From: Planctomycetota bacterium
GTDB taxonomy: Bacteria > Planctomycetota > Planctomycetia > Planctomycetales > Planctomycetaceae
Reading direction: 5' to 3'
Assembly (NCBI GenBank): GCA_031416875.1
Contig: JANOUN010001537.1
Span: 1 to 39,847, forward strand
DNA length: 39,847 nucleotides
This document shows positions 26,141 to 33,215 of this stretch, one piece after another. Under the pieces are notes generated by a model, which searched no databases, was not told the DNA's origin, and worked only from the letters and a program-made list of their open reading frames with translations. The first letter of the stretch is position 1; each line of letters starts with the position of its first letter. The position numbers and the translations under genes are program-made.

Positions 26141-26439
26141 TTTGGCCGCGCCTCATATTTCCGCGCCGCGTCAAGCATGTTTCGCTGAGCCTGGACGAAG
26201 GCCACCACGGCGGCAAGCATATCCTGGCCCTCAAAGTCAGGCCGCTTGCCAAGTGGCGGCTTCCATGTGCCGTTCACCATTTGCGTGAATCCATTCCCCA
26301 TCAAAGCATCGCGCATCAAGCGAGCCTCGAACTCGTACCCGCTTTTGGCGCAGGCAAGTTCCACTTTCAGCTTATCCGTCTCCCTCTTAAACGTGTCAAC
26401 GATGACCTGCATCAGATGCTCATGTAGTTCAGCGTTCAC
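26137..26439 (-). CDS. Hypothetical 100-aa protein
   Basis: GTG start with AAGGGAG 7 nt upstream. Confidence 0.55.
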   Translation of the reverse strand: MNAELHEHLMQVIVDTFKRETDKLKVELACAKSGYEFEARLMRDALMGNGFTQMVNGTWKPPLGKRPDFEGQDMLAAVVAFVQAQRNMLDAARKYEARPK

Positions 26440-26635
26440 TTGATTGCTCCCTTAGCGTTTTTGTAATCATATCGTAAACCATATCCTGTGCTTTCCTGTG
26501 GCGCCTAATAAACACTTGTTTGTTACCACGCCACCACTCAGGTGGGGGCGTAGAGTTACGCGGCAAATTATGCGCCAAGTGATCTTGAATATGCTGTAGT
26601 GTTTTCATCATGTCAGCAGCGTCTTTTTTATTCAT
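26429..26635 (-). CDS. Hypothetical 68-aa protein
   Basis: ATGA coupling with the upstream nuclease gene. Confidence 0.5.
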   Translation of the reverse strand: MNKKDAADMMKTLQHIQDHLAHNLPRNSTPPPEWWRGNKQVFIRRHRKAQDMVYDMITKTLREQSSER

Positions 26636-27018
26636 TTGAGCGCCTCCGTAATGTCACCAAGTACATTCACATAAACGCCAAGCTGCGTTGGTGAATATCT
26701 TAAAACGCGATAACCCAGCATTGCAGCGGCGTTCATTTTTTCACAATCTGCCAAGAAGCCAGCGCCCCTCGTATGGCGACCGCCCGAAAAGATTCCTCCG
26801 TCTACCTCAATCAATAGCAGCTCAGAAGGGATTGCAAAATCCGATCGCCATTTGCGCACATCATGGAACCTGAATTCCGCCACGGCATCAGGCCAGTGTG
26901 CTCGCAGCACCGGCAGAAACCATGCGTAACGCTCAATCTTTTTGATCTTTGCTTTGGTAAGTTTAGTGGCTGGTTTTTTCACGTAGCGCCCTTGGTTAAT
27001 AAACCCAAATACTCTCAT
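26632..27018 (-). CDS. PD-(D/E)XK-type endonuclease (Vsr/DUF559-like), 128 aa
   Basis: RSDFAIPSELLLIEVDGGIFSGGRH...DCEKMNAAAMLGYRVLRY matches the D...EVDG...K core and C-terminal G(Y/W)xVLR(Y/F) of that family. Confidence 0.6.
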   Translation of the reverse strand: MRVFGFINQGRYVKKPATKLTKAKIKKIERYAWFLPVLRAHWPDAVAEFRFHDVRKWRSDFAIPSELLLIEVDGGIFSGGRHTRGAGFLADCEKMNAAAMLGYRVLRYSPTQLGVYVNVLGDITEALK

Positions 27019-27055
27019 CCGGTAAAGTCATAAGTGCATTAGCTGCAATGGCTTA

Positions 27056-27490
27056 TCAAAACGGCGGAGAGTCGGAATCATCAGCCTTAGCAGACACAAC
27101 GCTCTTCTGCGCACGCTGCACAGGCGCAGGCTCGGCTTGTTTGCCATCCACTGGCTTGCCCTTACCACTCAAAAACTGGACGTTATCGGCAACGACTTTC
27201 ATCTTTGATCGCTTGCCACCGCCGTTTTTATCTTCCCACGTTTCAGTCTTTAAACGGCCTTCAACAAAGCACGCCGACCCCTTTTCGAGATATTGCGCGA
27301 CAAGCTCAGCCGTTTTGCCCCACGTTTCGACATCGACAAAGGTGACATCTTCCTTCGCCTGGCCATCAGCGCCTTTATATTTGTAATTCAACGCGAGGCT
27401 AAAATTGGCAACGCTTTTTTCTCCTACGTTTCGTAGTTCGGGCGCACGCGTCAAATTCCCGGCGATCATGACTTTATTGATTGATACCAT
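27056..27490 (-). CDS. ssb: Single-stranded DNA-binding protein
   Basis: OB-fold N-terminus INKVMIAGNLTRAPELR, TFVDVETWGKTAE, and an acidic tail ending DDSDSPPF. Confidence 0.9.
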   Translation of the reverse strand: MVSINKVMIAGNLTRAPELRNVGEKSVANFSLALNYKYKGADGQAKEDVTFVDVETWGKTAELVAQYLEKGSACFVEGRLKTETWEDKNGGGKRSKMKVVADNVQFLSGKGKPVDGKQAEPAPVQRAQKSVVSAKADDSDSPPF

Positions 27491-27493
27491 GTG

Positions 27494-27871
27494 TTAATCT
27501 TTCTTGGTTGGTTCGGTTGGTTTATTGGCTGGCTTTACGTCAAGAATGCGAATCGCATTCCCACGCGAGCCGTCGGGACGCCGCACGTCACCGACAATAG
27601 TCAGCGCAATAAAAGCGCCAAGCCATGACTTTTCTATGGACGTGGTAGAGCCAAGGATAGCGCCAACTTTGCGCGCCTCTTGCTTGTTAATCACCCATCC
27701 CTTGGGTACGTCTTTCAGGAATACGACGCACTTGCTTTGCTTCTGCGTCTTTCCTGGCGTTGCTACGTCCTTCATTTCTAGGCGCATGATTTCGCGTAGT
27801 GGGAAATTGGTGCCAACCGAATAGTCATTTGCGGCGAGGAACTCACCGGCGGTAATGTCCGAAAGGTTCAT
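27494..27871 (-). CDS. Hypothetical 125-aa protein between the exonuclease and ssb
   Basis: ATGA coupling with the exonuclease gene; no motif recognised. Confidence 0.55.
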   Translation of the reverse strand: MNLSDITAGEFLAANDYSVGTNFPLREIMRLEMKDVATPGKTQKQSKCVVFLKDVPKGWVINKQEARKVGAILGSTTSIEKSWLGAFIALTIVGDVRRPDGSRGNAIRILDVKPANKPTEPTKKD

Positions 27872-28668
27872 AGGTCAATTCCGCCTTCTTCATTTTCAGT
27901 GAATTGCTGCGTCCATGCTGGCGGAGATGCCAGATAGATTTCCTTTTGCTCGTCCGACCAGTCACCATCTTTTTCACACTGAGCAATACCGCGCAAGGCC
28001 GCATCAATCGCCTCGTCAGCCAACCGCATGTAATCCGCATCAAGAAGCACGACACGCCACCGGAAGGGCGCGGACGTTTCCGCAAAGATCAAGCGCGCCT
28101 GTGGCAGATCATTAAATTCAGCGGCGATGATCTTCTGATACCAGCGCACCTGGATATGGTAGCCACGGGTGAAAATAGAATGGTCAATCTTATCAATGTC
28201 GTTGATCGTCTTCAGATCGTAGAACGTGCACGACTTACTCAGGTAGTCCGCGCGGCATTGCGCATCGATTCCTGCCAGGACATTGCGGAACGTGACCTCA
28301 GCGGCACCATTGCGCAATAGGTCGCTGATATTGGCTGGCATACGCGCCTGCATGCACGCAATCTTATGACTATCGGCAAGCGACAGGATACGCAGATGGC
28401 TGTTTTGATCGCGCCATGCCTTGCCCTCTTTCGTGGCAAACGACATGCCGTCTGGCTTTGTGATCGTCTCAGCAGCGAATCGCTCAGGCTCCAAAATCGC
28501 CATATGGAAATTGGTGCCAAACTCCATTGCCTCTGTAGTTTTCACCGGCGCTAAATCGTCCAAGCGGTCCCGATACAATCGCGGCGACTTGATAAAATCA
28601 CGCAGCAGACTTGAGCCAAGGGCCGTGTTTGCGTGGTAGGTTTCGGAAGGCTCGTTGTAGATGATCAT
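27868..28668 (-). CDS. PD-(D/E)XK recombination exonuclease (RecE/Cas4-like), 266 aa
   Basis: YHANTALGSSLLRDFIKSP...AMEFGTNFHMAILEP N-terminal signature; later RADYL...FYDLKT (D...D/ExK). Confidence 0.65.
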   Translation of the reverse strand: MIIYNEPSETYHANTALGSSLLRDFIKSPRLYRDRLDDLAPVKTTEAMEFGTNFHMAILEPERFAAETITKPDGMSFATKEGKAWRDQNSHLRILSLADSHKIACMQARMPANISDLLRNGAAEVTFRNVLAGIDAQCRADYLSKSCTFYDLKTINDIDKIDHSIFTRGYHIQVRWYQKIIAAEFNDLPQARLIFAETSAPFRWRVVLLDADYMRLADEAIDAALRGIAQCEKDGDWSDEQKEIYLASPPAWTQQFTENEEGGIDL

Positions 28669-28688
28669 TGTATCTCCGTGGTTGTGGT

Positions 28689-28715
28689 AAAAAGAACGAC
28701 CCGAACGCCCGTTCT
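28689..28715 (-). terminator. Weak terminator-like hairpin on the minus strand
   Basis: The minus strand reads AGAACG-11 nt-CGTTCT followed by TTTT(A). Short stem, large loop. Confidence 0.25.
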
Positions 28716-28831
28716 CGCGGTTAGCTTCTCGACTCGGATTGTGAGCTAACAGACCTGATCCGTTTGGCTTTACGCCGTAGCTCTAACGAGAAGCCATTTG
28801 GAGACTGCACGCTATCGTCGCGGGACGGTTG

Positions 28832-29581
28832 TCAAGCGGGCATTCTCTTAAATTCGATCACCCACACGTAGAGGTCGAGATCCCATGATTTCCAGCCGTT
28901 GAGTGCCGCCCACAGGAACGAGAACGCCTCGCTGGCGGTACTCCCGAAATTGGACATCTCCCCATGTTCGTTCAATCCGAAATAATACCCGTGATGGGGG
29001 AGCGTATTGTTCCCGGTCGACGACTGCATAGCGACGTGGCGCTGCGCCCCTTCCGCAATCGCGTCCGCCTCGCTAATTTCCTGCAATCGCTCAACGCGCA
29101 CGCTGGTGATTTCAAGGGTGATGCGGGATGCCCAGCGCGGGAGGAAGATTGATGGATGCCAGATCAGGCCCCCGCCCTTGCTGTGTGAATTTTTAGGGAA
29201 AGAGGGAAATGCAGAACGTTTAGCAAGGTCATATGGCTGCGTCTTACTTTCCCCGCCCGCCCTATATTCGATATTCAAATACCCGGTTCCCTCCGGTGGT
29301 CGTTCACCTCGCGCAGAGCACCGTGCTGTTTCTTTCACCCACAATTGATCCCCTCGAATTCCATAAGGGCACCTCACTTCGGGCGACAGGGGTGACACCT
29401 TGCCATCTTCTTTCCAGGCAAAGCGCATCAGGCCATCGTCACAAATAACCAGCTCATAGCCGCGATGCTCCCAAAACTCAGGGCCTGGTTGCGGTTTCAC
29501 AATCATTCGCGCTTGCGTCTTGGTGCCAGCGAGCAATGCGCGGACCATCACGGACGAAAACAACATCGGCCTGTATTTCAT
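28832..29581 (-). CDS. ASCH/PUA-like domain protein (249 aa)
   Basis: MKYRPMLFSSVMVRALLAGTKTQARMIVKP and PRWASRITLEITSVRVERLQEISEADAIAEG resemble the widespread phage ASCH-type family. ATG 29581 overlaps the upstream stop (ATGA). Confidence 0.55.
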   Translation of the reverse strand: MKYRPMLFSSVMVRALLAGTKTQARMIVKPQPGPEFWEHRGYELVICDDGLMRFAWKEDGKVSPLSPEVRCPYGIRGDQLWVKETARCSARGERPPEGTGYLNIEYRAGGESKTQPYDLAKRSAFPSFPKNSHSKGGGLIWHPSIFLPRWASRITLEITSVRVERLQEISEADAIAEGAQRHVAMQSSTGNNTLPHHGYYFGLNEHGEMSNFGSTASEAFSFLWAALNGWKSWDLDLYVWVIEFKRMPA

Positions 29582-30099
29582 GCTGTTTTCCACGTTTCGC
29601 CATTCCATATGGCCTGGATGGTTGATGGGTGCACGCACGCGAGGTGCGCCAGCTCGTAGCTGGAGGCGATGCCGCGCAGCTTCTTGATGGTGATAACCAT
29701 GCTTTGATCGAGCTTTGTTGCGTGGTTATCTTCGCCCGTTGGTATCCTACCGTGCCTCCTCCGATCCGCGTGGTTGTCGACCGAGGTTGCCCACCGGAGG
29801 TTATCCAGCCTGTTGTTGGACGGATCACCATCGCCATGTGCCGCCTCGTGGCCCCTTGGGCACGGCCCCGCAAATGCTTCCAGCACTGCGCGATGGACGC
29901 CTTTCGCTACACGCTTGCCGTTGGCGGAACGGAAAGTGACGTAGTGGTATCCCTTGGGATTCCTCCATGTGAGCATGAGATCGCGCCGAGGGGATCGGAT
30001 CTTGCCATCAGATGAAACCTGGTAGCGGCCTTCTAGTCCGACGACCGGCCTCCACTCCACCTGCGTTGCGCCGCTAAATAAAATTGGGCGGCTTTTCAT
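29578..30099 (-). CDS. Free-standing HNH homing endonuclease with a NUMOD4-like N-terminus (173 aa)
   Basis: EWRPVVGLEGRYQVSSDGKIRS (NUMOD4-like) and HRAVLEAFAGPCPRGHEAAHGDGDPSNNRLDNLRWATSVDNHADR (HNH). ATGA overlaps at both ends. Confidence 0.8.
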   Translation of the reverse strand: MKSRPILFSGATQVEWRPVVGLEGRYQVSSDGKIRSPRRDLMLTWRNPKGYHYVTFRSANGKRVAKGVHRAVLEAFAGPCPRGHEAAHGDGDPSNNRLDNLRWATSVDNHADRRRHGRIPTGEDNHATKLDQSMVITIKKLRGIASSYELAHLACVHPSTIQAIWNGETWKTA

Positions 30100-30578
30100 T
30101 TCCAGTCTTCCGTCATCAGCATTCCCGCGACAAACCCGGCGCATCCAGCAGCCACGCAGCCGCAGATCAGCGCGCCACAGCCAAAGAACAAGGCGCCAAG
30201 GAAAGCGCCACCGAGGCACGTAGCGAACACGCCAGCTTTGAATCCCTTTTGGCTGACCAGCGGAAGCGGCTCGGCACGCAACGCGGCAAGGTCCAGCTCG
30301 GCGCGGGCATCTTGCTCGGCCAGATATTCAGGCGTTGGCGCGTCACACTTAGGCGCTTTATACGCCACGCCGGACAATTTTTGCGCTAGGGTCTGCACGG
30401 TTTCCAGCGGCCCGCCTTCGCGCTCGCCAGAGCATATTTTCACAGCCAAGGGAGGATTCCCGTCTCTTAACGCCTCTTGAGCTAGCATTATCCTTAAGGA
30501 CTCGTCACGTCCCTGGCCTAGCTTAACCAGCGGGATCGGCTCGCCTTGGGCGGTCACGGGGATGGTGGTATGGTTCAT
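30096..30578 (-). CDS. Hypothetical 160-aa protein with a C-terminal Gly/Cys/Ala-rich hydrophobic (glycine-zipper-like) segment
   Basis: GVFATCLGGAFLGALFFGCGALICGCVAAGCAGFVAGMLM at the C-terminus. Confidence 0.55.
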   Translation of the reverse strand: MNHTTIPVTAQGEPIPLVKLGQGRDESLRIMLAQEALRDGNPPLAVKICSGEREGGPLETVQTLAQKLSGVAYKAPKCDAPTPEYLAEQDARAELDLAALRAEPLPLVSQKGFKAGVFATCLGGAFLGALFFGCGALICGCVAAGCAGFVAGMLMTEDWK

Positions 30579-30862
30579 TTGGCGTATTCCTTTTCTGCGT
30601 GTTCTGGTTCTGTCGTAGTTACGTCAAGCAATATATGCTGGCGCAGAATAACTTTTTCACCCTGTGTGCTTACCATCATGAGTCGTCGATGCGCCATCTT
30701 TACCGAGTGTCGATGGTTAGACCGTGGAATTGCAGCTAGCTCCTTGCTAAATCTGCGGGCGTCGTCAAGCGCCTTGAATTGGTACGATTGCACACAGTAT
30801 GGGAATTCGCTTCTTGTCGCGACCTCGGACACTGTTTTAATGGTTGGCGGTTCGGTACTCAT
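30575..30862 (-). CDS. Hypothetical 95-aa protein
   Basis: AAGGAGATAGAAA precedes the ATG; ATGA coupling downstream. Confidence 0.55.
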   Translation of the reverse strand: MSTEPPTIKTVSEVATRSEFPYCVQSYQFKALDDARRFSKELAAIPRSNHRHSVKMAHRRLMMVSTQGEKVILRQHILLDVTTTEPEHAEKEYAK

Positions 30863-31773
30863 TTTCTATCTCCTTCTGATAGGCTGATCATTCGTTCCAG
30901 GCAGCCGCAAGGGTCAACGGAATGCCAGAAATCGGCGGAGGCGGCGGCGTAGGCGTAGGCGGCGGCGTAGGCGTAGGCGGCGGCGTAGTCGGAGGCGGCG
31001 TAGGCGGCGTAGGTGGCGTAGGCGGCGTAGGCGGAGGAGGCGGAGGAGGCGGCGGAGGCGGCGTAGGCGGCGTAGGAGGCGTAGGCGGCGTAGGCGGAGG
31101 AGGCGGAGGAGGCGGCGGAGGCGGCGTAGGCGGAGGCGGCGGCGTAGTCGGAGGCGGTGTAGGCGGCGGCGGCGGAGGAGGCGGAGGAGGCGGCGTAGGC
31201 GGAGGAGGCGTAGGCGGCGGCGTAGGCGGAGGAGGCGGCGTAGGCGGCGTAGGCGGCGGCGTAGTCGGAGGCGGCGTAGGCGGCGGAGGCGGCGGAGGCG
31301 GCGGCGGAGGAGGCGGCGGAGGCGGCGGCGGCGTAGGCGGCGTAGGCGGCGGAGGCGGCGGCAGGCGTTCGCAAATCACACATTTTTAGCCATGATTCTC
31401 CGAACCCGCGCTTTTCTGCTAACGGCTGTAGTCGCGGAAGCACAACTGACCACATCCAGTCTAGCGCCACGGATGACCGCTCCAGATCCAGGCCTCTGCC
31501 GGTGCCAGCTGCGAGCGGAAGGAGCCGCCGCCAACGCTCGGAGTTGCGCAGCTCAGATGGTGCAGCATCTTGGATCTTGACGATCCATTTGCCTATGACG
31601 AAGCTCATGCAGCCAGGGATCTCATCGGTGAGCCTGCCCGTTAGAGCGAGATTTATCGCCGCAATACTGCAAGCATTTTCTTCTGTTCCGACGCCAGCCG
31701 GGAGGTTTGGCATTTTTGACAGCATCGCTGCGATTGCTGACTCTTGTTCAGCGGTGATGGTTGAGTGATTCAT
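30859..31773 (-). CDS. 304-aa protein: ordinary N-terminal domain plus a ~150-aa Ala/Ser/Tyr low-complexity repeat tail
   Basis: AAGGAGATAGAAA precedes the ATG. This frame is the only one in the repeat that continues into non-repetitive sequence on both sides (N-terminal domain, and DFWHSVDPCGCLERMISLSEGDRK at the end). Confidence 0.6.
   Translation of the reverse strand: MNHSTITAEQESAIAAMLSKMPNLPAGVGTEENACSIAAINLALTGRLTDEIPGCMSFVIGKWIVKIQDAAPSELRNSERWRRLLPLAAGTGRGLDLERSSVALDWMWSVVLPRLQPLAEKRGFGESWLKMCDLRTPAAASAAYAAYAAAASAASSAAASAASAAYAASDYAAAYAAYAASSAYAAAYASSAYAASSASSAAAAYTASDYAAASAYAASAASSASSAYAAYASYAAYAASAASSASSAYAAYATYAAYAASDYAAAYAYAAAYAYAAASADFWHSVDPCGCLERMISLSEGDRK
30922..31389. repeat. 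Imperfect triplet-repeat tract (GGC/GTA/GGA units on the + strand) encoding the Ala/Ser/Tyr tail
   Basis: All reading frames stay open here. Contains a tandem 63-nt duplication (SAASSASSAYAAYA[S/T]YAAYAA twice). Confidence 0.9.
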
Positions 31774-31820
31774 TTTCTATCTCCTTGCGCCAGACACTAC
31801 AACGTCCCGCGACGTGTCAA

Positions 31821-31982
31821 CTACTTGTTTTCGCTCTTCATTTTAGCGCGCAAAACACGGGCTTTTGTTGCGGCAGCAGTGCATGCCCGGCGCTTTTCTG
31901 GTGTGTCGTTCTTCTTCCACTTCGCAGCGTTGCCAAGCTTTGACAAGACTAGCGCGGCTTTTTGAATCTGTGTTTTTTTCAT
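31821..31982 (-). CDS. Basic 53-aa protein (MKKTQIQKAALVLSKLGNAAKWKK...)
   Basis: Internal ATG of the 31821..32015 ORF; Lys/Arg/Ala-rich; no clear SD. Confidence 0.4.
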   Translation of the reverse strand: MKKTQIQKAALVLSKLGNAAKWKKNDTPEKRRACTAAATKARVLRAKMKSENK

Positions 31983-32150
31983 CGCGGGACAGTAGCGACT
32001 AGCCACGGGAAGCAATAGTTGACTCTATGTCGCGGCACGATACGAAGTGGCAGGCAATAGAATCCGCCACAGGCAACGCTGTCGGGGTCAGCCAGAAGAC
32101 TATTGTGTCTGCGGCTGATTGATGGAATTCACCTACGCTGTCCTGTGAGG

Positions 32151-32193
32151 GGCAGCAACGGAGACGCGGGCGCCAACCCGCTTGCCTTTTTTT
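32151..32193 (+). terminator. Possible intrinsic terminator inside the ORF-free region
   Basis: GGCA...GCGGG-cgccaa-CCCGC-t-TGCC followed by T7 (32187-32193). The stem is interrupted. Confidence 0.3.
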
Positions 32194-32626
32194 CGTTTCA
32201 GTCAACCGTCGGCTTAGAAGCAGCCATCGGCTAAGGAGTTGGACCACGGCCCGCAGTAAACTTGTAGCCGCCAGAGCATGGTGCTCATAAGCGGTGAACG
32301 CCAATTCTAGGTCATTCCTGGGAACGGCTAGTTGCTGGGGATTCCATACGTTGGCTCGGTAAGAACCTGGGAGCACCTGGGCACGAGGGGGCGAAGGCCT
32401 AACCGTCCATTTAGCGTAACAGCACATGACTGAGACGTTTTCTTGCTCGCCTGCCAAGTGTAGGTCGAGTTACGGCTTCGCCAGAAATGACGGGGCCAGC
32501 TTTTTTGATGCCCCCTAACGTGCAGAATCCTGGACATTACGCTGAATAATAGCGGACAATAGCTGGTTTTGTGTAGTAATGGGTAGTGGGGTGGATGTTA
32601 GGTGACAAGAATGGTGTTGCAATTTT

Positions 32627-32646
32627 GGGATGGGGTGTAGGGTGGG
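32627..32646 (+). other. G-quadruplex-type motif GGGATGGGGTGTAGGGTGGG
   Basis: Four G-tracts of 3 or more with loops of 2, 4 and 1 nt, set in a G/T-rich stretch (32581-32650). Confidence 0.4.
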
Positions 32647-32706
32647 AGGTGTCACAACCGCTCTAGCCAGCGGCGACAAAGGGAACCGGGCATGTTTCAT
32701 CAAACC

Positions 32707-32776
32707 ACAAACCAGCAACATTGCGAGAATCGAAGCGTCCGGCTTTGGTGGCTAGCTCGTCATGTTGCTGGTTTGT
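32707..32776. promoter_or_regulatory. 15-bp perfect inverted repeat (ACAAACCAGCAACAT / ATGTTGCTGGTTTGT) with a 40-nt loop, ending 20 nt upstream of ATG 32796
   Basis: Arms at 32707-32721 and 32762-32776, read directly. Confidence 0.5.
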
Positions 32777-32795
32777 CGTTTCATGAGGCATTGAC

Positions 32796-33215
32796 ATGGA
32801 TTACTCCGAAAAACTAAGAGACCCTCGCTGGCAGAAAAAGCGGCTTGAGGTTATGCAAAGAGATAATTTCCGGTGCCGCATATGTCACGGCGAGGAAATG
32901 ACACTAAACGTTCATCATATTGAATATGAGAAAAAAGATCCGTGGGACGCCAACGGGAAAAATTTAGTTACTTTGTGCGAAGATTGCCATGGTGTGGTGA
33001 AGCATTGCGCGACAAGGGGCCAGAGACGCAGCTTTGAGGCCATTCTTAAACAGGCATGGGTATGTGGTAAAGTTGCCGCAGGCCGTTACAGCCTGTCTGA
33101 TGGAGCAACGGCCATTGAGATAATCCCAAGACGCAAGAGTGACAATGGCGCTATTCGATGCTCAGCGCCATTAGGGAGTCCGTTTGTAGGCGGCCATCTG
33201 GGTGGATTCCCATGA
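32796..33215 (+). CDS. HNH nuclease-domain protein (139 aa)
   Basis: WQKKRLEVMQRDNFRCRICHGEEMTLNVHHIEY...NLVTLCEDCH is a classical small HNH (CxxC...HH...CxxCH) pattern. Confidence 0.75.
   Translation: MDYSEKLRDPRWQKKRLEVMQRDNFRCRICHGEEMTLNVHHIEYEKKDPWDANGKNLVTLCEDCHGVVKHCATRGQRRSFEAILKQAWVCGKVAAGRYSLSDGATAIEIIPRRKSDNGAIRCSAPLGSPFVGGHLGGFP

Noticed and set aside
25806-26252. 148-aa ORF as a single gene
   Set aside because: Its upstream half overlaps, out of frame, the well-coupled 100-aa and 37-aa genes. Only the distal 60-aa zinc-ribbon-like part is kept, at low confidence.
30888-31389. Pro/Thr-rich ORF (30888..31379, -) and Gly/Val-rich ORF (30922..31389, +) in the repeat tract
   Set aside because: They are alternative frames of the same triplet repeat. 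Neither connects to non-repetitive coding sequence or a start context, whereas the Ala/Ser/Tyr frame continues into normal protein sequence on both sides.
31999-32721. Possible decayed or recoded gene: ORFs 32515..32721 and 31999..32457 are in the same minus-strand frame
   Set aside because: They are separated by two different stops (TAG at 32515-32517, then TAA 14 codons later), so a single stop-codon reassignment does not join them. The translated sequence is Trp/Cys/Arg/Pro-rich and there is no SD. A pseudogene remnant cannot be fully excluded.
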